In this document: piece by piece, positions 50,997 through 64,000 of the stretch
Position numbering within the stretch: the stretch's first letter is position 1
How the letters are laid out: each line of letters opens with the position of its first letter
DNA from: the human T2T-CHM13v2.0 reference genome, Homo sapiens
DNA length: 64,000 nucleotides
Assembly (NCBI RefSeq): GCF_009914755.1
Contig: NC_060931.1
Strand: one strand, 5' to 3'
Program-made: the position numbers and the translations under genes
Notes under the pieces: generated by a model
What the model saw: only the letters and a program-made list of their open reading frames with translations
The model's database searches: none
What the model was told of the DNA's origin: nothing

Positions 50997-52225
50997 TTTT
51001 TCTTTTTTAGGTTTTATTTTAGAATCAGGGTATATATGCAGTTTTGTTTTAAGGATGTATTATGTGATGCCGAGGTTGGGGGTATGGATGGACCTGTCAC
51101 TCAAGTAGCGAGCATAGTACCCAATAGGTAGTTTTTCAGCCCTCTCTCCCACCTCTATTAGTCCATAGAGTCTATTGTTTCCATCTTTACATCCATGTTT
51201 ACCTACTGTTTACCTCTCACTTATAAGTGAGAACTTGCAGTATTTGGTTTTCTGTTCCTGTGTTGTTTGCTTAGGATAATGGCCTCCAGCTGTGTCCATG
51301 TTGCAGCTAAGGACTTGATTTTGTTCTTTTTCATGGCTGTGTAGTATTCTGTGGTGTCTATGAACTACGTTTTCTTTAAACCATTGATGGACACCTGGGT
51401 TGATTCCATGTCATTGCTATTTTGAATAGTGCTGTGGTGAACATACGAGTGCCTGTATCTTTTTGATAGAATGATTTATTCTCCTTTAAGTATACACCCT
51501 GTAATGGAATTCCTGGGTAAATCTCCAAACTGCTCTCCACAGTGGTTGGTCTAATTTACATCCTCACCAGCAGTGTGTAAGTGTCCCTTTTTCTCTGTAG
51601 CCTTGCTGACATCTGTTATTTTTTGACATTTTAACAAAAACTGTTCTGACCAGTGTGAGATGGTATCTCACTGTGATTTTGATTTGTATTTCTGTGCATC
51701 TTCTTTTGAGAAGTCTCTGTTCATATCCTTTGCCCACATTTTAGCAGAGTTATTTGCTTTTTGCTTGCTGATTTGTTTAAATTGCTTATAGATTCTGGAT
51801 ATTAGACCTCTGTCAGATGGATAGTTTGCAAATATTTTCCCCTTTTCTGTAGGTTGTTTATTTATTCTTCAGATAGTTTCTTTTGCTGTGCAGATGCTCT
51901 TTAACTTAACCTCCGTTTTTGTTGCAATTGCTTTTGAGGACTTAGTCATAAATTATTTGTTAAGGCGGATATTCAGAAGTCTATTATCTTAGTTTTCTTC
52001 TAGAATTTTTATAGTTTGAAGACTTACATTTAAATCTTTAGTCCATCTTGAGTTAATTTTTGTAGATAGCGATAGGAGTGATAGATAGGGATCCAATTTC
52101 ATTCTGCTGCATATGGTTAGCCAGTTATCCCAGCATCATTTATTGAATAGGGAGCCTTTTCCCCATTGCTTGTTTTTGTTGAGTTTGTTGAAGATCAGAT
52201 GGCTGTAGATTTGTGGGCTTTATTA
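50997..52225 (-). mobile_element. L1PA15/16-type 3' end
   Basis: cacttataagtgagaacttgcagtatttggttttctgttcctg...ttgttgaagatcagatggctgtag. Confidence 0.92.
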
Positions 52226-52289
52226 GTGTTGTGTTAAACTGATAGGAGGGTATTCATACTGGCAGAAGCTGAGATAGTGTTATTGAACA

Positions 52290-52880
52290 AGGTATTCATC
52301 AAGATTCTTACCTTCAAGCCATAGAACGTTTGGTTAATTTAAGCAGAAATGAGATTTTAAAAGGCTATTTCATGGTTCACAATCTCTGGGACTGCTGGAA
52401 AACTGGACTTGGAGGCTATATAGGCAGAGAAAAAGTACAAATCATTCTGCAGAACTTGTCCATTAAGGCAGTGCTACTGAGAATGTGTATTGCCCTTGGA
52501 GGTGCCCCAGAGCTCAACTCTGGACAATAGAGACAATGCTAGAACTCCTTCAGTTGTTGCCACCTTTGAAAAATGGATGCAACCACTGCCCTTATGGCCA
52601 ATGTTGACAGAGTGGATTCTGCACACCCCCTGCTTCTTTGCATCCCAGCTTCCAAGCCCAGGCTAGTGTGGGTGCATCTTATTAGAAGAATCTAGGTCAT
52701 GTGATGCAGCTGCAAAAAAAAAAAATTTGGAAAAAAATTTTACTTCCCAGAGGGGGAAGTAATGAGAGGCTCTGCCTCTCATCAAGATTCATGGAGTAGG
52801 GAATTCCCCACATGTGGAATTCCCATGTGTGGGGTAGGGTGGTTGTGACAGTCCAAAAAGAAGACAATGTTCAATTAACA
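52290..52880 (-). mobile_element. Old MLT1 (K-O class) LTR
   Basis: ggttaatttaagcagaaatgagattttaaaaggcta...; similar to the element at 8596-9130. Confidence 0.6.
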
Positions 52881-53584
52881 AGGCTGGGTTTTCTAACTAT
52901 CCAGTGGGATGGGATGGGCCTCCTGATGATTTAAAAATCTAAAAAGAATTTAAATTAATTAAAAACTTTAATTTATATATGTAATGTTTCCTTCCCAACA
53001 TAAGTATAATAATCATGAAATAGTGACTTTGTTTCATGCCAGATATATAACAAGGGAATTTTATAAAAGCTCTGAAAGTATGTTTAGTTGACCTTCATTT
53101 TTTCTGGAAAGCTGAAGTTCTAAAATAGCATTTAGAAACCAAAGGATATTCCAAGAGCAAATACACAAGTGTGAATGTTCCCATTTTGATATTTAAAATA
53201 ATTTAAGTACCAGGACAATTACAATGTATAGGAATTTGAGTAGGCTAATAAATAACACCCTTATTCTCTGCTTGAGTATAGAACTATTCGAGAAATAGTT
53301 ACATAAGTCAAGCAGATGAGGATGAAAATATCATTTCTTTTATTGATGGTTTGAAGAATATGGCTTAAATAAGAGGAACAAATGAGGTTGCTAATGTTTC
53401 CCTGCTATCTAGTATCACTGCCTCCCACTTACTGGTTTGGATGGCTAGGGAAGACTAAGTCCTCATTGTTTAAGAGACCTATAAGGAAACTCCGCCTGGT
53501 TTGGAAATCTGATCTAATAATTTCCCCCACCAAATAGTGGGTGAGTAGGGGGTGGTGAGCAGTGATGAAGTGGTGATGCAAAAG

Positions 53585-53939
53585 TTATATGGTTTGGCTC
53601 TGTATCCCTACCCAAATCTCATCTCTAACTATAATCCCCACGTGTTGTGGGAGGGAGGTGTTTGGATCATGAGGGTGGTTTACCCCATGCTGTTCTTGTG
53701 ATTGTGAGTGAGTTCTCATGAGATCTGATGATTTTATAAAGCAGTTTTCCTGCTCTTGTTAACTCGCTCGCTCTCTCCTGCTGGCATGTAATATGTGCCT
53801 GCTTCCCCTTCCACCATGATTGTGCATTTCCTGAGGCATCCCCAGCCATGTGAAACTGTGAGTCAATTAAACCTCTTTCCTTTATAAATTTCCCAGTCTC
53901 AGGTATTTCTTTATAGCAGTGTGAGAATGGACTAATACA
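53585..53939 (+). mobile_element. THE1D-type solo LTR
   Basis: atatggtttggctctgtatccctacccaaatctcatc...gcagtgtgagaatggactaataca. Confidence 0.92.
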
Positions 53940-55272
53940 AAATGCCTTGCTCTACTTGGAACCTCTCCACAGGGAATCATGCAGAGTTCCTCATCACATA
54001 CCCAACTTTTTGTGTCTATAAATTGTTTGGCTTAACAGTTGGTCTACAGCTCTGCAGGCCTGTAGGTATAGGTCCCACTTATCATGATAGTACTCTTACC
54101 CTCATGGCACCATTCTCTTAATTCCAACAAGGCACTACCGTGGAGCATTCAGGGTCTGCTGGTGAACTGTGTAGGCTTTGATACAGAAGGCTCTAGAAAT
54201 GAGTGAGAATGGTATGTTATCTAAATTAATTCCAAGATTTTGCTTAGAGGTCACTTTATTTCTCCTCTCACATTATATTGAGACACATTGTCTACTAGAG
54301 CTCACCAGAGGATATGCAGTGAGATTAGATGACAACAGAAAGCTATTCCAATAACAAAATGCCACCAATATAGAGGTGCCCCACATTTGAATATCTGTAC
54401 TATTAACAAATTGTCAGGGACTGACTAAAGTTCAAAAATTAAAATCACAAAGAAATTAAATTCCAGAAATCTTAAGTTAAACACCAAGACATTTAAAGTC
54501 CCAAATCAAATTATCTTATCCCTGTGAGTTATAAAACTAAATAATTAAATTTTGTGCTTTTTTTTTCTCAACCAGTTTGTATACAATAGAATTATTTTAA
54601 AAAACATTACCTTACGGCCCACTTGGTGGATATCTGTTTATACATCTGTTCCAGGTCCAGAAACACTGGCCCAACACAAAGTCATGAACTTCTTTCAGGA
54701 GAGAATGTATGGTCAGTGATACGATGAACAGTAAGTGAGATCAAACAACTCAACTCCTTATGAATAAGTCTTGTAAATGGCACATTGTTACGTTTTTCTG
54801 AGGAATTGGGAATCTCTTCCCAGTTGAAGTGAGAAGTCAATCTCTCATCTAAAACAATGGCAGTGCCACCTTTCTAGGGTAGAGTCTGCAGCCTCATGCT
54901 CCAGAGTTTGCCTCACATATCCAAGGGTGCTTGAACCACTCGCAGTACCCCTGGTGCAGCAAACATCAGCTGCTGGACTGAAATTCCAGCCTGCGCTTTC
55001 TTAAGCAATGGTTATGTTACAGGCAATATCACACACAAAAATGGTACAAACCCAGTAAAATTTCCCAGGCTCCATGTATCTGGAGGGTGTTTGGTAAATT
55101 GCTCTCCTCAAATTCTAGGTCTTCTTTTATATATCCTAATATCTACCATTGAATTTAAGGGATTATTCAAATCAACTCTTCCTCAATGCAGTGATCTTGA
55201 CCCTTTGAATCAAATTCTTACATGGCATTGTTTAAGAGCATCCCATTGCACCTCTGTGCAGGTTCACACACC

Positions 55273-55819
55273 TAAAGGAAACCAAAAATATTTACCCTAA
55301 AATATACCTCTTTGACATCTTTTGAGACAGCTATTCAAAGGGCCTGCAGACCAGACTAGTGCTGCCAAGCTGCCTTCTGTGGAGGAGATTTGCATCTATA
55401 GAGGAAAATCCAAGTTAGGGAAATAAAAAGGCTTTATTTGAGGCCCCTTGCTTGTCCAGATGTAGGAAAGATTAACTCAACCGCAGGCTACCATCTATTC
55501 CTTCTGAGAGCTACCAATGAGATTTTATCTATATAATAAGACTGCCCTTGCTAGCCATGCCTTTCCTCTTCTCTCCCTCCCATAAACTGTCTTGCCACAC
55601 TCCAAGCCCCCATTCTTTCTGTAATCTCAAGATGGCATAAAATAGTCAACCATCTGTCCCTTCCTTTGAGTTTTCACATTTTGCATGACTCCTGTGCACA
55701 CATGTGGATATTAACAAATTTGTATGCCTTTTCTCCTATGAATCTGCCTTTTGTCAGTTGATTTTCAGCAAACCTTCAGAGGGTGAAGGGGAAGGTTTCC
55801 ATTTCCCTTGGCCTCTACA
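55273..55819 (+). mobile_element. MER39-type ERV1 solo LTR
   Basis: aaggaaaccaaaaatatttaccctaaaatatac...gtcagttgattttcagcaaaccttcagaggg...ccttggcctctaca. Confidence 0.78.
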
Positions 55820-58233
55820 TGCCCCAAGCCACTTGTAAATCTCATGGAGTGCTTTGATGTAAGACACATACTGGATCATTTGAGTGGCTCCCATACTTTG
55901 TATAATTGTACATTCTTTTGTAGTCCAATACATTTTCATGGCTGCAGTTCAATATATGATCAAACTGTTTTTGAAAAACACAGTTCATAATATTTAGATA
56001 TTCCCTTTTTCCTTTTAGTAGTGGTAGAGATCAAATTCTGCAATACTTGAAATATTAATTTGATGATAACCAAACTAATGAACATTACAGAACTCATTAC
56101 CTGCTGAGTTGTGGTTCTTGTTCTGAAGACAGAAAGAAATGTCAGTTACCATTTTCCCCCATATATTTGATAAAAAAAACAGCTGATGAGCTCACAGTAC
56201 ACATACTATCAAAAAGTGTACCTATCTCCAGAGGAGACCAAGTTTAAGGCCCTGAAGATTTGAATCTCTTTTCTGAACAGGTGTCAACCAATCTGGGGGC
56301 ACATTTACAAATGGCATCCTGCTGTCAGCTCATGACGCCTGGTTATTTTCTCTCATCTTCATGGGAAAGGTTTCATCCATGGGGATAATTGTAGCTTTTT
56401 AACACATTTCACTATAATTAGTGAATCTGCATGTCAGTATTTTCTAGCATATTCCCTGATTGAATTGGAGACCGTTTTAGTTCTCCCCATGACCCGTCAA
56501 AGATAAAGAATTTGTTTACTGTAAATTGCACACCACTCACTCCTATATGCCATCTGCCACACTTAACTGCACACTGCTACAATTTTCTAATAGCTCTTTG
56601 AACTTAAGAAAAATAGTCAGAGGTGTTAATCATATATGCTAGGGGAATATTTACCTCTCTATACCAACCTTTTTCTTCTTGATGGGATTTTCATTTTAGT
56701 GTATTAAGATGATATTGTACTTCTATCAAATAATGTACAGCAAAGCAGGGTTTAGAGATTTCCCCTAGTGGCTGTCATCTAACATATTTGTGAGAGGTGC
56801 ACTTGCAAGAAATGGTAGAAAGTTTTATTATACTTCAGAGGAATTCAGATTTTTAGCATGGCTCTTTATGGTCAGGTCACAGGTTATTTCTGTGCAGTTT
56901 ACCTCTAGAGCCATCTCACCTCCTTGTTTACTGTTTTCTCCTCTTTCCTTCCTCTTTTATAAAAACTTTGGGTAAAGAGAAAGTCTGTATGCCATATTCT
57001 TGACTTATTCCTCACACCGTTTATTATTCCAAATGGTAGTTCTTAGCTGCCATTTTGGAAAGGGTAATAAAGTTACTTTAATGCACTATTAACCAGTAGA
57101 CCTTGAATGTTAATTGAATGTTCATATAGAACAAGGCCTTCCTTCACAGAAAAGAATTGCTGAAATTTACCTACCAGTGGTGACTCTGGATAAGTGGTAG
57201 ATGGCCTCATTGGTTAGAAGTGCTCAGTGGCCCTAATACTGTAATAGCTGCCTTCAAATGAGGTATCTGTTCTTGTGGAGTCAGAACGATTCATTTTTTC
57301 TTTAATAAAACAATAAAACCACTACCCTTCAACAAAGTACTGCACTCCATTGCTCCTTGAGAGTTTTGTTTTTTTTCATTAGGATAATCTTAGAGGACAC
57401 TGCATGATGGAGGAAAGGCAGCTGGCTAGACTTGAAGGACAGGTTGAATCTCTTTTTCATCATTGAATATTTATGTTCTCACATATATACCCAAACATTT
57501 GAGGATATCAATGTTACAACTTTCGGTTGTTATCTCTGAGTCATTGCACTGCCAGAGCCCTCATTTAACTAACTGTGATGAAAGAGCATCATAGATCGTC
57601 TGCCCTGCAGAGGACAAGCTGTAAACTTTTCTTCTGAAATTTATCTTTTGTACTTTGATATTTTTGTTACCAAATGTCCCCTGTGTTTTATAAGCTTGTG
57701 GATATAATGGAATTGCATTTGTATTTATGACCAAATTTCAATGACTTTAAAACCTCACCCAGTTTTCTTGCAAGGTTCCTTTTCCCAATTTTTTTCTGAG
57801 ACTCACTGGGACCTGCTTACAAATAACTGTGAGTCAGTTATTTTAGAAGAAACAGAAATTCATACCTTTGGTGTGGATCCTACTGAAGCTGATACCCAGA
57901 TAACTTTATCTGTCAGGTACATCCAGTCAGGTGCTTACCAGTTCATTGAAGCCCAATCTCTGTAAGTCACTGTGAGCAGCCTCAAGTGCCCCAGGAGATT
58001 CATAGAGATAAGGCTTACTTAAAATTTGTTTCTCCCAGTCCTTTTGCTTCCCTTGCTGATTTCATCACTATCACCACTATCTTTTGCACTAGTTTTGTCC
58101 ACCCATGAGGTTTCATCTCAGTGACGAGGAGAACATGTCTTTCCTCAGTGTAACACTCAGGAGGGAGAGACCTAGGATAAAACTACTTGGGCCCTAATTT
58201 TTAATAGTTACAATAGTTTAACTCTCTGGATAC

Positions 58234-58601
58234 TATTGTAGTCAGTTCAGGATGCTATAACAAAGTACCATAGACTGATGGCTTATAAACAACAGAAATT
58301 TATTTCTTACACTCCTGGAGGCTGGAATTTCAAGTTCAGGGTTCCAGCGTGGTTGAGTTCTGTTGAGGGTCCTCTTCAGGTCTGCAAGCTGCAGACTTCC
58401 AACTTCTTGATCCATCCTCATGTGGTGGAAAGAGGACTAGAGAGCTCTCTGGGGTCCCTTTTATCACTAATCCTATTCATGAGGGCTCTACCCTCGTAAC
58501 CAAATTACCTCCCAAAGGCCCCACCTCCTAATACCATCACCTTGGTGGCTAGGACTTCAACATATGAATTTTAGGGGAACACAAACATTTAGTCTATTGC
58601 A
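58234..58601 (-). mobile_element. MLT1A-type solo LTR
   Basis: gctataacaaagtaccatagactgatggcttataaacaacagaaatttatttc...cacaaacatttagtctattgca. Confidence 0.9.
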
Positions 58602-58789
58602 AATGCAAGTACATAGAGCCATTTCTCCAGACATACAGTGCAAGAGTGATTTAATAAGGATAAGTTTCAAGTCTGACCAAATATGAGATCCAGAAGCAAC
58701 ATGTCTGTCTGCAACACAGGTCAAAACTCTTTCTTTATTATGGCAAACTTTGGGCTGGAAGCCCTCATTGTCCTTTTTGGTAAAAAGAC

Positions 58790-58813
58790 ATATATATATA
58801 TATATATATATAT
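58790..58813. repeat. (AT)12 microsatellite at the Alu tail
   Basis: Direct reading. Confidence 0.95.
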
Positions 58814-58814
58814 C

Positions 58815-59122
58815 TTTTTTTTTTTTTTTTTTTTTTTTTGAGATGGAATCTTGTTCTGTCACCCATGCTGGAGTGCAATGGTGTGATCTTGGTTTACTGC
58901 AACTTCTGCCTCCCGGGGTTCAAGTGATTCTGCTGCCTCAGCCTCCTGAGTATCTGAGATTACACGTGCCTGCCATCACACCTGGCTAATTTTTGCATTT
59001 TTAGTAGAGAAGGGGTTTCATCATTTTGGCCAGGCTGGTCTCGAACTCCTGCCCTCAAGTGATCCACCCACCTCAGCCTTCCAAAGTGCTGGGATTACAG
59101 GCATGAGCCACTGCACCCAGCT
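58815..59122 (-). mobile_element. AluS (Sx/Sz-like)
   Basis: Full antisense dimer after a long T run. Confidence 0.94.
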
Positions 59123-59849
59123 GGACATAGTTTTATATTTTGAACTTTAATGTTGTTGGTGGTTTGGTAAGTGGAGAAGAAGAGTCATAGTTCATGTTCT
59201 TTATCTTCCACGAGACTCCTGTTTCCCTATGTAAGCATGTGGCATTAAACATATATATGTTGAAAGAGGGTTTTTTCCCCACTTCCTCTTGAGCCACGCC
59301 AAGCCATTGGGGGAAGGAATGGCATCTCATTTCTATCACTGATTACATATAAGCTCAGATTTTTACTCAAGCAAAACCCTGTGTAAATTTTTATGTTATC
59401 TGTGATAAAATATTGGAGATACTGAGAATTAATGCATTCATTTTGCTGATGTATGTCAAATTAAATTTCTGATATGAAAATAGAATGACAATATGAAAGT
59501 TGGGGTTGAGATCGTACTTGTCATGTGAAGAATATATATGGACAATAGTTTTTTTCAAACTTGAAACAATAGCATTAATTCACCTTAATGAAAAGGTGCG
59601 TGAATTTGAGTAATAAAAAGATCTGAAAATTATGCTGTGGTGTTCCCTGGCTCCTTTTCCTCTTCTTTAACTACCTGTGTTCTCATATTTTTATTCAGCT
59701 AACATCTATTTTAATTAGGTTGGGTATTGAATATACCCGGATGAATTAGATACAATCCTTCCTCTTGAGAAGGTCATGGTCAGAAGAAACCAGATATGTT
59801 AAACACACACAGACACCCATGCCCCATACAAACACAACATACTGCACCT

Positions 59850-60374
59850 TATCAAAACCTCTAAAGTGTCTGAGATTTCACCCTATTTGAAGGCTTAAAA
59901 AGTGAGCCTGCTATAGTTTCATGGATGCTGGCAGAAGACATGAGATTCCTGGGTCAGAGAAAAGAACTTTATTACTTATGGCACAGCAGACAACATAAGC
60001 TTCAATATTGCCATAGGTTTCTTTTCAGACCCCACCAAGTTCCATGGGGGCGATATAAAGAGGACCAGGTGGATATGCACACCATAGGTTTGTATTCCTG
60101 TTGAGAGGCCCCAAGCTTAAGAAGTTTCTGGTATTATAAAGGAGGCTGTTATCAATTTTGCTTAAGGTTCACCTTGGAGGGAAACATTATCTTTATTAAG
60201 ATAGGTTAGGAAAAAACTTGCTTTCTCCTTTCTCAGATAGATACAGTATCTCTCTCTTCTAAGGTAGTTTTCCATACAAACATCCTTAAAAAAATTGTTG
60301 AAGACAAAGGCTGCCAATGTCGTCATTCAAATAATAAAAAATATGAGAGACTCATGGAGAATTGTTTCCCAGCA
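59850..60374 (-). mobile_element. LTR40 solo LTR
   Basis: gtttcatggatgctggcagaagacatgagattcctgggtcagaga...ctcatggagaattgtttcccagca. Confidence 0.82.
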
Positions 60375-60989
60375 TTTATATAATGAAATTAATAGCATTA
60401 AACTATGATACATTCTGTAGATGAAATATAGGTATGCCACAGAGGAGGACACAACCACATCTGCTTTGGGGAGTCTAGGAATAAAGGAAGATACATTTTA
60501 ACTTGCTGTGGAGGAAAGCGAAATCCAGACAAGGGAAGCTTCAAATCAGGAGAACACTCCCTGCTGCTCTAGGACTGCCCTCTAGTTGGTGGAAAGCCTT
60601 CATATCTTGGGCATTCAACTCCGGCGACTTTTTGCAGAATGGGAGGGTGATCTGTGATCCAAGCTTCCTTGGGCACTGTTGCCTTGGACCCAAATTCCAG
60701 GTACAGCACCAGGGGATCTATTTCTCTTGGTAATCCTAAACATTTATACTACTACAAGTTTTCCTCATTTTAAAGCTTCCTTGATGCCTTTATTTGATGG
60801 GTTTAAGGGAACACTTTCTCTTGGGGTTGAGGAACAGAAGAATAGCTGTTGGTTTTGACAATTTACCCCTCACTCCCTGTAGATTGCATGTTCATGACAT
60901 GGAAGCCTGGCCTGAATAAATGGAATCATGGAAACAGAACTTTAGAACTAAAAAGTTCCTAGAGTCAACTAATTGTTACTGTCTTTTTA

Positions 60990-61830
60990 AAATTTTCCTA
61001 TTTGCCTTCTTTCTCAAACATTTGGATTGCTTACTGTGTGTGTTTCAAGCAGGGCATGCAAAAATGTAGAACAGCCTGTTTGCTTCAGTTGTTCACAGAA
61101 TGGTGGAGATGAAGAGAAATATTCAGTCAATTACAACTTACAAGGATAAGTTCTAAGACAGAATAAACTACAAGGTGCTGTGGTTAGCAAACCTGATTCA
61201 GATAAGGTTATCGTTAGTGAATTTTCAGAGGAGATAATTCTTAAATTGGGTCTTGAATGGTGAACATGGGGTATTTAGGAAAAGAATCGGTAGGAAGGAG
61301 GTGGTGTAAGTCAGACCATTCAAGAGCTTTATATGCATGCTAAAGAGTCTGGATTTTATTCCAGTTGGTAACAGAGAACTTCTGCAGGAAGTTTATCAAG
61401 GAATGATACGACTAGATTTGCATTTTGGAATGATTACCTTGGCAGCAACTTGGAGAACAGGTTGAAAGGAGAAAAGCTGGAGACATAGAGGTCAATGAAG
61501 ACATTGTTACTGTGACCTTAGCAGGAGATTGATGAGGCTCTGCTTTGTATCATTAGCATACGGACAGAAGAAGTGCCTGGAGAACATCAGGGAAATCAGT
61601 AGTATTGGTGAAAGATGGGGAAAAGTGGGAGCGAGCATGGATGCAAAAGAGACTGTCAGATTTGTGGATGGGCAACTGGGTAGATGTGCTGTCATAAAAT
61701 CAGATGTGGAGAAAGAAAATTTGGTAACAGAGTTGAGATTAATTCAAGTCTTGACATGCTGTAACTTAATTATCTCTGGATCACCTATGCAGACATGATA
61801 TCTGGATTTGGACATATAGAGATGGGAACT
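60990..61830 (-). mobile_element. L2 fragment
   Basis: gctaaagagtctggattttattcc...agatttgcattttggaatgattaccttggcagc. Confidence 0.75.
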
Positions 61831-63049
61831 CTATTTTATTCAGCCTTTTCATTGCTGGATCAGCATTTATTCCAATTTTCCATTTCCTTCTGTGGCTTCT
61901 TTTGAAGTCATCATGCTCTAGTGATGGACAGAATACTTCAAAGCATTTTAGGCTCTCTAGTTCACGGAGCACATCTTTCTCATCTGAGTGCTCATACACC
62001 TAATGTTAGTTCTATCATGTAAATCTTTGCTTTATATTGAATGTGGCTTGAAATTATTGTAAGGTTCACATCTTTATTTGAAAATCATTTAATTCAATGG
62101 TTCTATATCATGAAAATGTTTTTCATACATCTGCTTTTCTTTCTCCTCTCTGTTGGAAGTGGTTTGATTGTTTGGCAAATGTGCATAGCATTCTTAGAAC
62201 TCTATTCAGTTTGCTCAAACTATTATACCTGGAAATTGTAGATTCATATGATGACAAAAAAATAGTTTCGATCTTTGTTACTACTTGCTGTTTGCAGAAT
62301 TTGGTTCCACATTATTTTTATTCAGCATGAATTATTTAAGAATAAGACATATCAATGAAAACATTTTACACACTTACAAAAAGGAATGATTTTTGCTTTT
62401 CATTTCATATTCACCCTTTGCTCCATGCTGTACAATTCAGCTTTTTAACAATTGTACCTTAATGTTACTGGTAACTTAGGGTCTACTTCGTCCCTTGTAT
62501 TATGCTGATTAGTGAGTACAGATTTATTTATTTACTACTTTCATCTTTTTGCAAACAGAGTGACTCTATATATACATAGAAAAAGGATTTATTTCCATCA
62601 GAGAAATGAAACTTGATGCCTCAGTTTTGATTTTGAATCAAATAAAACGTAAGTCACAATTCATAGAAAGTCAGGCTAACAGGGATTATTAAATCAAATT
62701 ACTTCCATTTACAGAAGAAAGGTTTAGGAAATTTAAGCCTCCTCCTTAAGACCCCAGGATTAACTGTTTTACCTTATTTTATCATCGAATTTGGGTAAAG
62801 TATCTCCTTTCTATCTGTTTCTGTGCCTTTTTGCAAATCGCACTAAATATAGATCAAGTGGCCAATACATATGATGCCCAATTCTCACAAAGCACCAATC
62901 ATTAATACCTTTTATATTTGCCTTGGGCATAAATCTAGCCACCATCTTCCCTCCTATTTCTCCCAAGTCTTAAAAAGCTTGAAAAGCTCCACTTATTTTC
63001 TGAAGGTTGGGAAATACTTGTTCTACACAGTTAAACAAGTCATCTCTAA

Positions 63050-64000
63050 GACAGAATTTTCTCATCTGGAAACATGAAACATCTCTCCATTTATTTAGTT
63101 TTTTATGTTTTAAATTTTTCTTCATCTAGGTCCTACACTTCTTGTTGTGTTTTCCCTAGGTTATTTATAATTATTATTATAAATGGAATAATTTGGGAGT
63201 CACATTTCAAATTGGTTTTGCTAATATATGAGAAAACAATTGAGTTTTGTATTTTGATCTACCCCTCTTAAAACCTTATTTTATTACTTATTAAAATTGA
63301 TACTCTTGAATTTCTGAGGTAGAAAGTAGTGTTGTTTTGACTAGGTGTATTAGTTCTTTTTCATGCTGCTAATACAGACATACCCATGACTGGGTAATTA
63401 TAAAGAAAAAGAGGCTTAATGGACTCACAGTTCCACATGGCTGGCAAGGCCTCACAATCATGGCTGAAGGCAAAGGAGGAGCAAAGGCACGACTTACATG
63501 ATGGCAGGCAAGAGAGCATGTGCAGGGGAACTGCCCTTTATAAAACCATCGGATCTTGTGAGACTTACTCACTATCACCAGAACAGCATGGGAAAAACCT
63601 GCCCACCTGATTCAATTATCTCCTACCCGGTCCCTCCCATGACATGTGGGGATTATTACAATTCAAGGTGAGATTTGGGTGAGGAATAGCACCAAACCAT
63701 ATCACGAGGAAAGTTTGAGTTTTTCTTTACGTTTTAAATTTCTAGTCCAATGTTGTAGGGCAGCAATGGTGGTGGGCATATTTGCCTTTTCCCTGATGTT
63801 AGTAGAAAAGTTTCTGATGTTTCATATATAGTATGTATCATATCTTCTCTGGGATTCTGACTGATACTTATTATCATGTAAAGGAAGATTTTTTTTCTGA
63901 GATTACCAGAGAGGAATTTTATTAAAAATTGAAGCAAGTGTTGGATTTCATTATATCATTTTGAGACAGTTATTGAGTCATAGAATAATTATTCTGATTT
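63050..64000 (-). mobile_element. Old L1M ORF2 fragment (host of the THE1 LTR)
   Basis: tctctccatttatttagtt...ttttgtattttgatct...aggaattttattaaaaattgaag. Confidence 0.65.
63346..63704 (-). mobile_element. THE1C-type solo LTR
   Basis: tgtattagttc...aatggactcacagttccacatggctgg...accaaaccatatca; TSD CTAGG/CGAGG. Confidence 0.92.

Overview
Primate, very probably human, genomic DNA. It is AT-rich, CpG-depleted and repeat-dense, has no CpG island, and contains no protein-coding exon I can recognise, so it is intergenic or deep intronic. The one gene-derived feature is a near full-length processed pseudogene of nucleophosmin (NPM1) on the minus strand (about 42390-43672), with 5'UTR, disabled CDS, 3'UTR, a decayed poly(A) and a probable target-site duplication (TSD). 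Most other recognisable sequence is transposon fossil: AluJ/S/Y and FLAM/FRAM, L1PA/MA/MB/ME, L2, MIR, MaLR LTRs (MLT1, THE1), ERV1 LTRs (MER34, MER4D, MER50, MER39), ERVL LTRs (LTR32, LTR40) and hAT elements (MER5, MER33, MER53). There is also an ancient ERV-L pol (PR-RT, then IN-dUTPase) split by an L2, with its RNase H missing. Several non-repetitive blocks look like enhancers or candidate non-coding or decayed exons. I found no convincing new biological system. Repeat subfamily names come from my recall of consensus sequences and need RepeatMasker/Dfam confirmation; boundaries of old repeats are approximate.
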